Source of the DNA: Nematocida ausubeli
Taxonomy: Eukaryota
Length of the DNA: 64,000 bases
Reading direction: 5' to 3'
NCBI RefSeq assembly: GCF_000738915.1
Contig: NW_026515638.1
Coordinates: 208,882-272,881, forward strand
Below are positions 32,128 through 42,240 of the stretch, in pieces. The translations under genes were made by a program, and so were the position numbers. Numbering within the stretch: position 1 is the first letter of the stretch; each line of letters begins with the position of its first letter. The notes under the pieces are model-generated. The model saw nothing but the letters and a program-made list of their open reading frames with translations. It ran no database searches and was not told where the DNA came from.

Positions 32128-32989
32128 AATTACCCTGAGGCATCTTATAGATAATTTGGCAGACAATATTCGCCAGAATGAACGAGGTAATTGGTGTATT
32201 TGGTTCTATCCCCAGGTCACCCTCTATTTTTCTGACATATTCTGGGCTTATTTCTTCTTCTTTTGAAGCAGCATATGCCTTGTTGTATATCCGTGCAGTA
32301 CTCGCATACTTGCACTCACTAGAATTAAGAATAGAAGGAATTTCATGCAGATCTGTGGTTACTTTGTGGTTTTTCATGGTTAAATCATCCTGCTGTGATA
32401 TTCTGCTGTCACTTACCCTAGAGAGGATACTCAGCAGGATACTTGTCTTTGACTCAGGCGTACTTTTCTCAGGAAGAGAACTTCTCACAGTGCACACAGG
32501 AAGTATCTTTTTTGGGCTAGGAAATAGCCATTTAATGCAGTATATGCATGGGTTTAAGAGGTTCCCTTTAGTAAAGAAGCAGTGACCCTTAAATCTTTCT
32601 GTTCCTGTGTCAATGTATAACCTATCTGATACCTTTGCCTCCTGGACTATATGATAATAAAAGTTAACTCTACTCTCATACGTATCAAGTGCTGCTATGT
32701 ATATATTACACTCTAGTATATCTTCTGGTATATTTTGTGGTATATTTATGTCAATTACAACGGGAAATATATCTCCATTAAATCCTTCCCTTTCTATTCT
32801 ATTTCTTGTTGCTGTTACTTTGTACTCTCCAATGTCCTTTTCTTCGTATATTTGGTTTCCTGTGTTGCACCTTTCTACTCTATCCATGTCTAGTAAATAT
32901 ATTGTATTAATGAATATTTCCTTGTTCTCAATTAAGCTGGTTATAATTGCAGAGCCAAGTCCACCTAATCCTGCAACGCATAACTTCAT
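32045..32989 (-). CDS. UBA3: ThiF/E1-family activating enzyme, Uba3-like (NEDD8 E1 catalytic subunit)
   Basis: GLGGLG, DMDRVE, DTGTERFKGH, PCIYC, LPVCT (catalytic Cys) and C-terminal CxxC. Confidence 0.8.
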   Translation of the reverse strand: MKLCVAGLGGLGSAIITSLIENKEIFINTIYLLDMDRVERCNTGNQIYEEKDIGEYKVTATRNRIEREGFNGDIFPVVIDINIPQNIPEDILECNIYIAALDTYESRVNFYYHIVQEAKVSDRLYIDTGTERFKGHCFFTKGNLLNPCIYCIKWLFPSPKKILPVCTVRSSLPEKSTPESKTSILLSILSRVSDSRISQQDDLTMKNHKVTTDLHEIPSILNSSECKYASTARIYNKAYAASKEEEISPEYVRKIEGDLGIEPNTPITSFILANIVCQIIYKMPQGNFILYSGDCTPVLHLHQLSPDPECFLCF

Positions 32990-32993
32990 TTCT

Positions 32994-33443
32994 TTATTTT
33001 ACTTTACAAGGAAACTCTGCAAATGTTTTACTTTTAATAACTCCAATATACGGGAAGTAAGATCCCTTCAGAATGAATTTACCCTTAGTAAGTGGCTTAT
33101 TTGCATCATTTGACTTAGCCTTGCACTCTTTAATTAGAACATAGTTCTTTTCTTTTTTTGCAAGAGTACTCCATACGACTTGCTCTAACTCAACGCCCTT
33201 TATTTCTATCTGGTGCACCAGATATATAAATGCCTCTTTTACATTATAGTTCATTGTGCTTGTTATGTCTATGTTTGGTGTAAATATGGCATAAGATGGT
33301 TCTGCAATGTGCACCACTGGGATGCACTTTGGTGTGTTCCTGTTCATTACGAAGGTGCTTAGGAATATTGCCACAAGAAGGACTGCAAGGTAAGATGCAC
33401 TAAGGGAAACAGTTGCACTAAGTCTTTTACTGGTTGTATTCAT
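32994..33443 (-). CDS. SPC3: Signal peptidase complex subunit SPC22/23
   Basis: MNTTSKRL + TM, DITSTMNYNVKEAFIYL, QVVW and PYIGV. Likely start at 33443; an upstream ATG at 33479 is also in frame. Confidence 0.85.
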   Translation of the reverse strand: MNTTSKRLSATVSLSASYLAVLLVAIFLSTFVMNRNTPKCIPVVHIAEPSYAIFTPNIDITSTMNYNVKEAFIYLVHQIEIKGVELEQVVWSTLAKKEKNYVLIKECKAKSNDANKPLTKGKFILKGSYFPYIGVIKSKTFAEFPCKVK

Positions 33444-33805
33444 CTGTCTTTTACTAAAATATTCAAAATTAACTTTCATTAAAATACTTGAAAATTAGGG
33501 ATAATATCCGGGTTAGACTATTTCCCATTGAAAATGCACATAAATTACCACTTTATATGAGATATATGAATGTGTCATATTAATGGAGTATGAGTATGCC
33601 TTGTATAGTGCATGACTAAAAGGCACTTTTCGGAATAATTCATTCTTGTCAAGAATTTCTTGTGAAGAATTTCCTGTGGAAGTGACTCTTTAGTGAGCTT
33701 CTGTCTGTGCATGGGGAGTTAAAATAGAAGGTTGGCTTTGTCTGGAAAGAAGAATAAAAAGTGCAGAATAGATCTATTTTAATTATGCTCATGGATGACA
33801 TATAG

Positions 33806-34243
33806 TTAAACTCCTGTTGATCCGAATCCACCGACTGATCTATTTGTAGCACTTACTTCCATTACTAGAATAGGTGCCTCTGTATATATCTTTATAATCA
33901 CCATTTGTGCGATTCTATCGCCCTTTGAGTAGTGAAAGTCTGTCTCACTGCAGTTAAATAATAGAACAGACAGTTCCCCTCTGTAGTCTGCATCAATTAC
34001 GCCTCCCATTGTCATAATTCCATTTTTTAGGGAAAGACTTGATCTGGAGCATATTTGCCCGTAGTATCCAGTTGGAATTTCCACTGTACAGCCTAAATCT
34101 ATTTTCTTCCGTTTACCTGCCAAAATCACCCCATCACTCTGTGCGTATAAATCATATCCAGCACTTAATTTTGTGGCAATTTTAGGACAAGTTGCATGCT
34201 CTGTCAGCAGCTGCACTTTGAAGACGTCTTCTTCCCTTGACAT
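33806..34243 (-). CDS. DUT1: dUTP diphosphatase
   Basis: SAGYDL, RSSLS, GVIDADYRGE, GDRIAQ and RSVGGFGSTG motifs. Confidence 0.98.
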   Translation of the reverse strand: MSREEDVFKVQLLTEHATCPKIATKLSAGYDLYAQSDGVILAGKRKKIDLGCTVEIPTGYYGQICSRSSLSLKNGIMTMGGVIDADYRGELSVLLFNCSETDFHYSKGDRIAQMVIIKIYTEAPILVMEVSATNRSVGGFGSTGV

Positions 34244-34779
34244 TTCTAAGAATAAAAAACAGAATAGACCATTTATTTTCTTGAGTGCAAGGTTATACCA
34301 TGAATAGATGTCTTATTATATGAGATGCATCTATAAGCAAGTATACGTCATTATATAGTTATAGATTTATTCGTTTTTCTTGTAGACCAAATCGTATGAT
34401 ATAATTATCTTGCAGTAATAACTGTCTATAGCCAGAATTACAATACAGAAATAATTTCCATGTAGAGTGCAGTCTAGTATACTAAATATGCATATATAAC
34501 CAGTACAATCAAAAGATACAAATAAATTCCATGGAGTTTATTGTTAAATGATCACTTTGACAGCACTGCATGTATTACAGTGCATCTTTATTTGGTCAGC
34601 AATTAAGACCCTCTAATGCATCTATATAAGCACTCTATAATCTCATATTTATGAATATTCTATCTGGCTATATTCATGGGATATATTCTTGTGCTTAAAC
34701 TACTCTTTATTGATGGATTATTCATTCTGAATAATCATCTTGTGTCTTACTCTATGACTATCAGTTTATTTCTGTTGTA

Positions 34780-36849
34780 TTAGTGGATTCCCAGGATACT
34801 CTTCAGACTTATCACTGTGAGCCAGTCTTCCTTTGTTAAAGCATCTTTAAAACTTTCCTTCAACAAGTCAATTGACTCTCTTGTTAGTCTACTGACAATT
34901 TGGTCTGTTTCAAAGAGTTTCCTTCCAACAATAATTTGTGGCTGGTTTCCTGATACTTCTACCTTTATCGATGCCTTTCCACCTGCCTTTATTTTGTCAT
35001 TTTTCGGGTTTACTTTTGTGTCTTCTAAAATGCTTGTGACTTGCCCAATGCGTGTGATTTCTCCATCTCTGACTACTGCTAAGGGCGTGCCTACTCTAAG
35101 TATTCCTTGCTGCACTTTTACTCCCAGCACCAGTGGGGATCTTTTTGTGAATACGCAGCCTGGTACTATTGTTAGTATGCATGGGAAAATGACCTTGTCC
35201 TTCAACTGTTCTTCTGCTTGTGCCCATTGCTCTTCCATGTGCTTCTTGTACTTTTCTGTCAGGTGGTAGATTATTTCTGCAGTCAAGAATTTCACTTTCA
35301 TTTCCTTCCCAATGACCTGCATCTCCTGTGATGGGACCACATCAAAGCAAAGCATAACTGCATATTCTGGGTGTCTTTCAGAGATTGTTGATACCTTAAT
35401 GATATCTTTCTTTGATATGCTGCCAACTCCAACCGTTCTAATGGGTATATTTGCCTTCTTTAAAATAGAAATAAGTGCCTCCAGTGCTCCTAGTGTGCTT
35501 GCCTGTGCGTGTATTCCATCTTCCCCTACTACGTCAAAAATAGTTCCAGATGTGGTCTTTTTGTCGCCTGAAATGAAGTTCTGTATTGTGGCTCTGATCT
35601 GTTCATCTGCTTCCTCTATGATTCTTTCAGTTTCTTCTTCGCTCTTTACTACAGTGAGTTTACTTCCTGCTAGGACACCCTCTAGTTTGTGTGCTGCCAG
35701 TCGGACACCAATTGCTGCCTTTACACTCTTATTTTCCTTGTACTTTGACTTGACTCTTGTCTCTTTCATGGGGTTTGGTGTCAGAAGGTGCCGAATGACT
35801 GTCTCTACGGCTCCATTCTGCGTGCACACAACTATTTTATCACCTACGGATAATATTCCGTTTGATAAAATTACATCAATTGTGGCTGCCTTTCCTTCCT
35901 CTGACCTGGATTCAAGCACCATGCACTGCACAGTCTCCTCAAACTTAACTTTCTTCAGGAGATTTGTTTCCACAAGGTCAAGCAGCACTGAGAGCATATC
36001 TGAGATGCCTTCTCCTGTAACAGCAGACGTAGGAACAATGTTCACATATGCCTTTGGGTTTGGGTTCTTCATGAATATTGCAGAGTTCAAGCCAATACTT
36101 GCTAGGTCCAAAACAATCTTCTCAAACCTATCCTTAAACTCCAGCTTTGCAGCTTTGCTTTGGGACTTCACGGAAAATGGTGTATCCTTTGACTTCCATC
36201 CATTAATTCTATCTATCTTGTTCAATGCAATAATGAAAGGCGTCTTTCTGCTCCTTAACAGCTCAATGCTTTCTTTTGTCTGCAGCTCCAACCCGTGCAT
36301 AATGTCAATCACCAGGACCACAATATTGCACATAGAAGACCCTCTGGACCGTAAATTAGAGAATGCTTCGTGCCCGGGTGTGTCTATCACTAAGATCCCA
36401 GGCAACTTGTCAGATACAATTTTGTACTTTTTTGTTAGCTCCTTTATAGGAATGTACGTTGCACCAATTTGCTGAGTAATTCCACCTGCTTCTGCTAGCT
36501 GCACATCTGTCTCCCTAATTCTATCAAGGATCTTTGTCTTTCCTGTATCTGCGTGTCCTAGGATGCAGCATATTGGGCTTCTATAATCTGTCTCCATTTC
36601 CTTTTCTTGCTCTACTTTTATTTCTGCCTTTGGCTTATGGACTGGTCTTTGCATGGTTAGTCTCTCGAGTTTTTTTGCAATCATTTTCTGTTCGTCTAAT
36701 TCAGGGATTTCCAGTGTCTGCTGCACCTCTGCTTCTTCTATCTCTTCCTCCACTTCTTCTTCTGCATATTCTGTGTTCATTTCTGTGTACATATCGTACA
36801 TGTCATCAATTTCCTCAAATCCTTTCTTTCCTCCTTTCTTTTTTGCCAT
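34780..36849 (-). CDS. FUN12: Translation initiation factor eIF5B
   Basis: RSPICCILGHADTGKT, EAGGITQQIGAT, DTPGHEAFSNLRSRGSS, NKID and C-terminal SRLTRESIDLLK. Confidence 0.97.
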   Translation of the reverse strand: MAKKKGGKKGFEEIDDMYDMYTEMNTEYAEEEVEEEIEEAEVQQTLEIPELDEQKMIAKKLERLTMQRPVHKPKAEIKVEQEKEMETDYRSPICCILGHADTGKTKILDRIRETDVQLAEAGGITQQIGATYIPIKELTKKYKIVSDKLPGILVIDTPGHEAFSNLRSRGSSMCNIVVLVIDIMHGLELQTKESIELLRSRKTPFIIALNKIDRINGWKSKDTPFSVKSQSKAAKLEFKDRFEKIVLDLASIGLNSAIFMKNPNPKAYVNIVPTSAVTGEGISDMLSVLLDLVETNLLKKVKFEETVQCMVLESRSEEGKAATIDVILSNGILSVGDKIVVCTQNGAVETVIRHLLTPNPMKETRVKSKYKENKSVKAAIGVRLAAHKLEGVLAGSKLTVVKSEEETERIIEEADEQIRATIQNFISGDKKTTSGTIFDVVGEDGIHAQASTLGALEALISILKKANIPIRTVGVGSISKKDIIKVSTISERHPEYAVMLCFDVVPSQEMQVIGKEMKVKFLTAEIIYHLTEKYKKHMEEQWAQAEEQLKDKVIFPCILTIVPGCVFTKRSPLVLGVKVQQGILRVGTPLAVVRDGEITRIGQVTSILEDTKVNPKNDKIKAGGKASIKVEVSGNQPQIIVGRKLFETDQIVSRLTRESIDLLKESFKDALTKEDWLTVISLKSILGIH

Positions 36850-37718
36850 TGTTTAGTTCTTTTTTTAAATTTATTTATACGTAAATATAGTTATATCATA
36901 GGCATAAAACTCACAGAGATTTAAGGTTGAGAGATAAATAGTTAAAAGATGCAGGAATATTTAGTGCATGATTATTTCGGGTTATATTGGGTTCTGGTTA
37001 TGAGTATTTTATGCTTTGGAATATCTGAATATTTTGCTTATTTACTGGCACTTTATGTACTATTATATGGTGATATTTTCATTTGGAAAATAAATTATTA
37101 GTGCTTTATGGTGTACAGTGTGAATTGAAATACTGGGTTATTTCTTGGTACTTAAATTCACAGGAAATATCCTATTTAATTCTAATTAATAATGTATTTG
37201 GGTGTATTTATATAGAACTATCCTTTGTATGAGATTTATATTTGAGTTAGATGTACTGGGTATCTTGTTGTATGTAATTATATCCAGATAATAGAAATTC
37301 ATGGGATAATAGAATATATTCTGGTTTAATTTATGGGACAATTCAATGATCCTTAAGGATAGCATATTCTTATCTGTAAATTTGTTTTATTTTTGATTTA
37401 AAAGCCTTCAAACCCCATTATCATATCATATTTTAACCTGAAGGGTTTTATTCTTTTTCTAGAACAAGTATGCATCTACTATATTTACATACAGCAGAGT
37501 AATGCAGCATGATAAATATACTAACTTGCACGTAGATAATTTATGTTATAAACTGGCTACAGACAGTAAAATAACCAGAAATAGAACAATGCATATACAA
37601 AAGTACTCTAATAATACTCATTCTGTTTTATTCTATTTAAACATTGTCCATGCCAGCTTATAACTGCATTAATTTCATTAATTTCATTCTTACACCAAAA
37701 AGTACCCAGATATTATGT

Positions 37719-38384
37719 CTACTCAGAAAGTAAGTCATCCAGAGACAGAAGGCTTTTATTTGCTGCTTTGTCTCCAGTGATCTTCTTTCCCTCAAATTTA
37801 TTCGATTTGTTCTCTGTGGTCTCCAATTCCTTTATAAAAGACCCTTTTCTTCCCACACTTATTTTTGGATTTATTTCTGGCTTTGTGTATGGCTTAGAGC
37901 CTGGCCGAATTAACTCACTTTCCTTGATGGGCGTATCTATCTTTCGTATCTTCCGGATCTGTCTTATGTAATTCTTGTCATTACAGCAGGATCCCATTGC
38001 TCTTCCAAATTGTTTTAATGCTCTTTTTATTCCATCTGTCACTGCAGATTTATATGCCTGCTTAATTGCCTTTCCCTTTCCATTCACTCTCTCTGCAACC
38101 CCAAAGCCAATGTCTTCCCGGATTATCCCATCCTTTAAGGTTATTCTGATATGTGCTTGAGCTGATATTGTGCTTCTGTTATCTGGAAGATCCTCTGCAT
38201 CCACTGTCTGCACGGATAGAACCTGTGATGACCACCCGTTGTACCCGAATATTCTATTTGCCATCTGCACGGCAGTCCATCCTTCAATGTACGGCTCTTC
38301 CGTGTAGCCACAATTCCTGAAGGAAATATATTCTGGTCCTAGTTGTCTCTCTAGCTCTTGCTTAATATCAATCTTCTTCCCCAT
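37719..38384 (-). CDS. RAD52: Rad52/Rad22 family DNA annealing protein (short)
   Basis: LGPEYISFR, YIEGW...ANRIFGYNGWSS, ITLKDG..REDIGFG and KSAVTDGIKRALKQFG. Confidence 0.95.
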   Translation of the reverse strand: MGKKIDIKQELERQLGPEYISFRNCGYTEEPYIEGWTAVQMANRIFGYNGWSSQVLSVQTVDAEDLPDNRSTISAQAHIRITLKDGIIREDIGFGVAERVNGKGKAIKQAYKSAVTDGIKRALKQFGRAMGSCCNDKNYIRQIRKIRKIDTPIKESELIRPGSKPYTKPEINPKISVGRKGSFIKELETTENKSNKFEGKKITGDKAANKSLLSLDDLLSE

Positions 38385-38682
38385 TTCTGTCTAAAAATAA
38401 ATTTACTTTTTACTTCTTCTCTTTCTACCTTTACTTGAAATTAATTTTGGATATTGCACTATGCATAAGGTACAATTAAATAATTCATCTGAGAGCATTT
38501 TCAGTTTGAATGGGTCTTTTTGGATGAACTTCTGAAAGTATGGATATTTTAGCAGGAAATGTGTCACTTGTAGTATAGCTTGAATTTGGCCCAAACACAG
38601 ATATTTAAATAATTCCGTTATAAATATATTTTCTTCTGATATCCGGTATTTTAATATTAAATATGTCTGAAAAGTTTTATTT

Positions 38683-39630
38683 ATGATGAAATCAAGTGCA
38701 TTAAAAGAACAGAAAAACGAAATAACAGAAACAATTATGGAAAGTGCAATAGGCACACCCCTAACAAATATAAAAGGGTGTCTAGTAAACATATACAGAG
38801 AAATTACCAAGAAAGAACAGAAGAAAAGCACAGAACAGAAACCAGAAGAAACCGACTCAGCAAAAGAGACAAAAAAAGAAACAATACTTTCATCCAGAAA
38901 GACAAGAGTCATTGTCTCAAATGGACTTCTTCTGCTTAAGTACATGTGTACATTGGTTCTCATCAGAATATTCCTCTTCCAGAATACTGCATTCATTGTT
39001 GATATAATCTTCCCTGCAATGACCGCTTTCATGAAGGCCCCATACGGCACATTCTCTGAGGGCGCATGTGCACGCGGTTTAAATATCGCAGTATACGTTG
39101 GGTATGTCGTGAAAATGGCACAAACCCTGTTTTTGCACTACAAGGGAATCCAATTTGCAACAAGCTACAACTCAATGGTTGATTCTGAGCACACAATATT
39201 CACTGCTTTAACAGTCTTCTCAATGATGTTTATACTAGGCCTTAGTAGTGCGTATGGATCAAACAAGTACAACAGTCTTTTCATGAATCTTGACATGTCC
39301 GTGTTCTCAATCCGTGCATTTTTAGTTATTTATCTCCTTGCTTCTACTGTAGTAGCACTTGGGTCCTGCATACTTGAACTATGCAATATATGGAGATTAC
39401 GCAGAAGTGCAGCAGGCAGTAAGATGGCTACTATATTTAGACCAATTTACGGATTATGCCTTTTAATGATTCTGATTTACTCCTTTATTACAATTGGTTT
39501 AATTGCTAAGTTTAGCATTGCACATGGAGCATACACTGTTGTAAAAGCCATACAGTCTGCTGTGACAGAAAGTCTTAAGATCCGGGCTAATACAATTCTT
39601 AATGCAAACATTGCATTATTAGCAGTATAA
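38683..39630 (+). CDS. Hypothetical multi-pass membrane protein (315 aa)
   Basis: Long ORF with a charged N-terminus and about 5-6 hydrophobic segments. Confidence 0.8.
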   Translation: MMKSSALKEQKNEITETIMESAIGTPLTNIKGCLVNIYREITKKEQKKSTEQKPEETDSAKETKKETILSSRKTRVIVSNGLLLLKYMCTLVLIRIFLFQNTAFIVDIIFPAMTAFMKAPYGTFSEGACARGLNIAVYVGYVVKMAQTLFLHYKGIQFATSYNSMVDSEHTIFTALTVFSMMFILGLSSAYGSNKYNSLFMNLDMSVFSIRAFLVIYLLASTVVALGSCILELCNIWRLRRSAAGSKMATIFRPIYGLCLLMILIYSFITIGLIAKFSIAHGAYTVVKAIQSAVTESLKIRANTILNANIALLAV

Positions 39631-39822
39631 GTTAACTGGACATGCAGAGATTTCTTATCCAGAAGCAATTTAACGGTCAAATTGAATAAATTGATTTTGG
39701 TTAAAACCAGTTACAGAAATATAAAATAAACCAATTATTTACTAGTTACAACAGGAGAGCCGCCTTTTATTGGCTAACTTTAAGGGGATCATGGATTTAA
39801 ACTAGTTTATAAAATAATCTGC

Positions 39823-40719
39823 ATGAAACCCCGCAGTCCCTCCATATTAAAACAATTTATTATACTCACCGGATTATTGTCAGTTTTTCTACTAGCAGAA
39901 GTATCTGGCTCACAGCAGATCACATCCGAAAGAAATTCAGCAAGAAATAGATCCAGTCAGAAATCGGGTAAAAAAGAAGAAGGGTCTATTACACTCTCTT
40001 CTATCCTGTACAATGGTGGATTTATTGCGTACAGGGCAATATATAGTGTGTTTACAATCGATGGAATAATTCTATTTATACTTCCATACGCCATTTCTAC
40101 TTTTGGTGGTATGCGGAATGGAGTGCTTAATACAGGAAGAGAGTCAAAAAAAACTGAAAAGATATTTGACTTTGTAACTTCCTTTCTGATCTGCACAATA
40201 TTTACATTATTCGGTGGACTGTGCATTCTGCCCTCTAAAATACCTTACTACGGTGTTGTTCTTAGTATATACAGTGCGCTAGGCCTAGCATCAGTTTTTT
40301 GTCTACTGCTTACATACTCTAAGAATTACAAATATGCAAGTACAGAAGCAAGTGCAGATGTTGCAAATCGTGTGAAAACTGCAAGTTACATTACAAGTAT
40401 TGCTTTAATTGGAATTTCATACGGTGCTATTGCATTTGGGGGTCCAATTGCCCGGGATATGATTGTTGCTAGCAATGCAATTATGTTTTCCAGTATTTTT
40501 TATTACATTGGGTGCTGCTTCAGTGATAAACCTAGCACAAAGTCCTCAAAGAAAGCCGCAATATTGAATTTCTCTGGATCAAGCATATGCAGTATAGTTA
40601 TTTATTGGTGCTTGCACTATTTATGCGAGCATGTCAACCAGCAAACAGGAATTTTATGCAATTTATTCAATATAAGCCCAGGTCAGAGCATACTTTCCTA
40701 TTTAAACCCATTTAGATAA
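39823..40719 (+). CDS. Hypothetical multi-pass membrane protein with signal peptide (298 aa)
   Basis: Signal-peptide-like N-terminus (FIILTGLLSVFLLAEVSG) and about 6-7 TM segments. Confidence 0.8.
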   Translation: MKPRSPSILKQFIILTGLLSVFLLAEVSGSQQITSERNSARNRSSQKSGKKEEGSITLSSILYNGGFIAYRAIYSVFTIDGIILFILPYAISTFGGMRNGVLNTGRESKKTEKIFDFVTSFLICTIFTLFGGLCILPSKIPYYGVVLSIYSALGLASVFCLLLTYSKNYKYASTEASADVANRVKTASYITSIALIGISYGAIAFGGPIARDMIVASNAIMFSSIFYYIGCCFSDKPSTKSSKKAAILNFSGSSICSIVIYWCLHYLCEHVNQQTGILCNLFNISPGQSILSYLNPFR

Positions 40720-41228
40720 CTAATTGTGGTAGACTTATTTCAGGCATAAAGGGATTTTCTTCCCCTGAAATATTAGACTGGCTTATACCAATGAATAAAA
40801 TTTATTTCTCATAGTCTATTCATAGTCTTCTAGTTTAATGTAAATTCATATATATACAAGCATACTGTGGTAACAGATGAGAGTATGGCACATAGTATAA
40901 ATAAGCCAAAGTCACTGATTATAGACATATATGGAAACATACCCCCTTGTGGTGTCTTAGCATATAGTCAAACTGCAAGGAAATCACCAAAACTATTCTT
41001 ACTATTAACCCAGGAAGAGAGTTTCGTGGCCTCAAAGGCAAAGAAAACCAACACATTCGGGTTATATAGGGTTATATAGAAGATACTTGATACTTTCGGT
41101 TTGAAAATATTAGCATAGAATAAAGTGTATTCTTCCATATGCAGGTTCTTTTTGCACTCCTTTAGGTTTATTTTTTAATGAATTCCAGACAAACTCTTCT
41201 ATCTATTTATTATATTTTTTGATTCATA

Positions 41229-42098
41229 ATGGCTAAGATTAGAATGCAGGCTTCACCTAAGTACACAACAGACTACTCATATACAATATACATAGTACTG
41301 CGGCATATTCTTTTGTTCTTCATTGACAAAGGAATAATTTCCATTAAACTGACTAATCTAAGGATTAAGTGGCACTTAATTGGGGTAAATTGCATCCAGT
41401 CATTCTACGAGCCTGAGGTAACTGCAACTTACCACTGCAGAGCCACCTGCCCATTGCACTTTTTCTTTTCAGAGAATGAAAGAGTTTTGTCTTTCTCCAT
41501 AGTGGTACTATGCCACTGCATGGCTCCTTTAATGTGCATACTTTTTTCTTTCTCTTTTATTTCAACCTTTTTTCCTTTATACATTAACACTCTTTATTTA
41601 GGGGCTCTCCCGTCGTATGGAAGCTACATAGGACAGAATTTATACATTGTGCTTCTGCTTGGTGGTATGTATGTTGGGTGTGACAGCATTCTGAAGTCAC
41701 TGAACATAACAGGACGCGAAAATGCATCTGTTCCGATTGTAAACAACAGAGTGCAATTTTACATGATATTTATTGAGGCCCTGCTAATTATCAGTAGTAT
41801 TTCACTCTATGTAAATTTTTATCTTCTTGCACAGACAAACATATACATATATGCACTGTTTTTTGTGTCCAAAGTGATTCTCTTTGGGGTAATGTTTATT
41901 CTAACTGGAGTCACCATATCCGACAACTTAGCGGGCTTAGTTATGGTGGAAGGAAGCAGAAAGCTTGTTGTTATGGTGATTTTGTGGTTCATAATTGTAA
42001 ATGGAATATTTTTGGTTAGCAAGGCGTACATAGCCCCATCTTCTACAGCAGATATAGTATACAACACTTTAAACCATAATCTGGTAAGAAATTACTAG
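41229..42098 (+). CDS. Hypothetical multi-pass membrane protein (up to 289 aa; start uncertain)
   Basis: ORF with about 5-6 hydrophobic segments concentrated in the C-terminal two thirds. Confidence 0.7.
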   Translation: MAKIRMQASPKYTTDYSYTIYIVLRHILLFFIDKGIISIKLTNLRIKWHLIGVNCIQSFYEPEVTATYHCRATCPLHFFFSENERVLSFSIVVLCHCMAPLMCILFSFSFISTFFPLYINTLYLGALPSYGSYIGQNLYIVLLLGGMYVGCDSILKSLNITGRENASVPIVNNRVQFYMIFIEALLIISSISLYVNFYLLAQTNIYIYALFFVSKVILFGVMFILTGVTISDNLAGLVMVEGSRKLVVMVILWFIIVNGIFLVSKAYIAPSSTADIVYNTLNHNLVRNY

Positions 42099-42240
42099 TG
42101 TACCATATTGTGCATCTGTAAAATATCCACATTCAGGCTACATACGTGTCTATAGTGTTTTCGTTATAATTAAAAATAAAAGAAGAATATAGATAAAATA
42201 CGTTGTAAATCAGCTTAACATTTATTTCATGCATTCCTCT

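Noticed and set aside
33806..34243. dUTPase as a viral or retroelement cargo gene
   Set aside because: Ordinary trimeric dUTPase among housekeeping genes, 15 kb from the Gag-like ORF.
35312..36475. 387-aa + strand ORF (similarly 43184-43978, 63305-63913, 54347-54865)
   Set aside because: Antisense shadows of eIF5B, beta-adaptin, Rpt3 and Rpn7; no independent motifs.
38403..39050. 215-aa - strand ORF
   Set aside because: Largely antisense to the 315-aa membrane gene; the rest is AT-rich promoter DNA.
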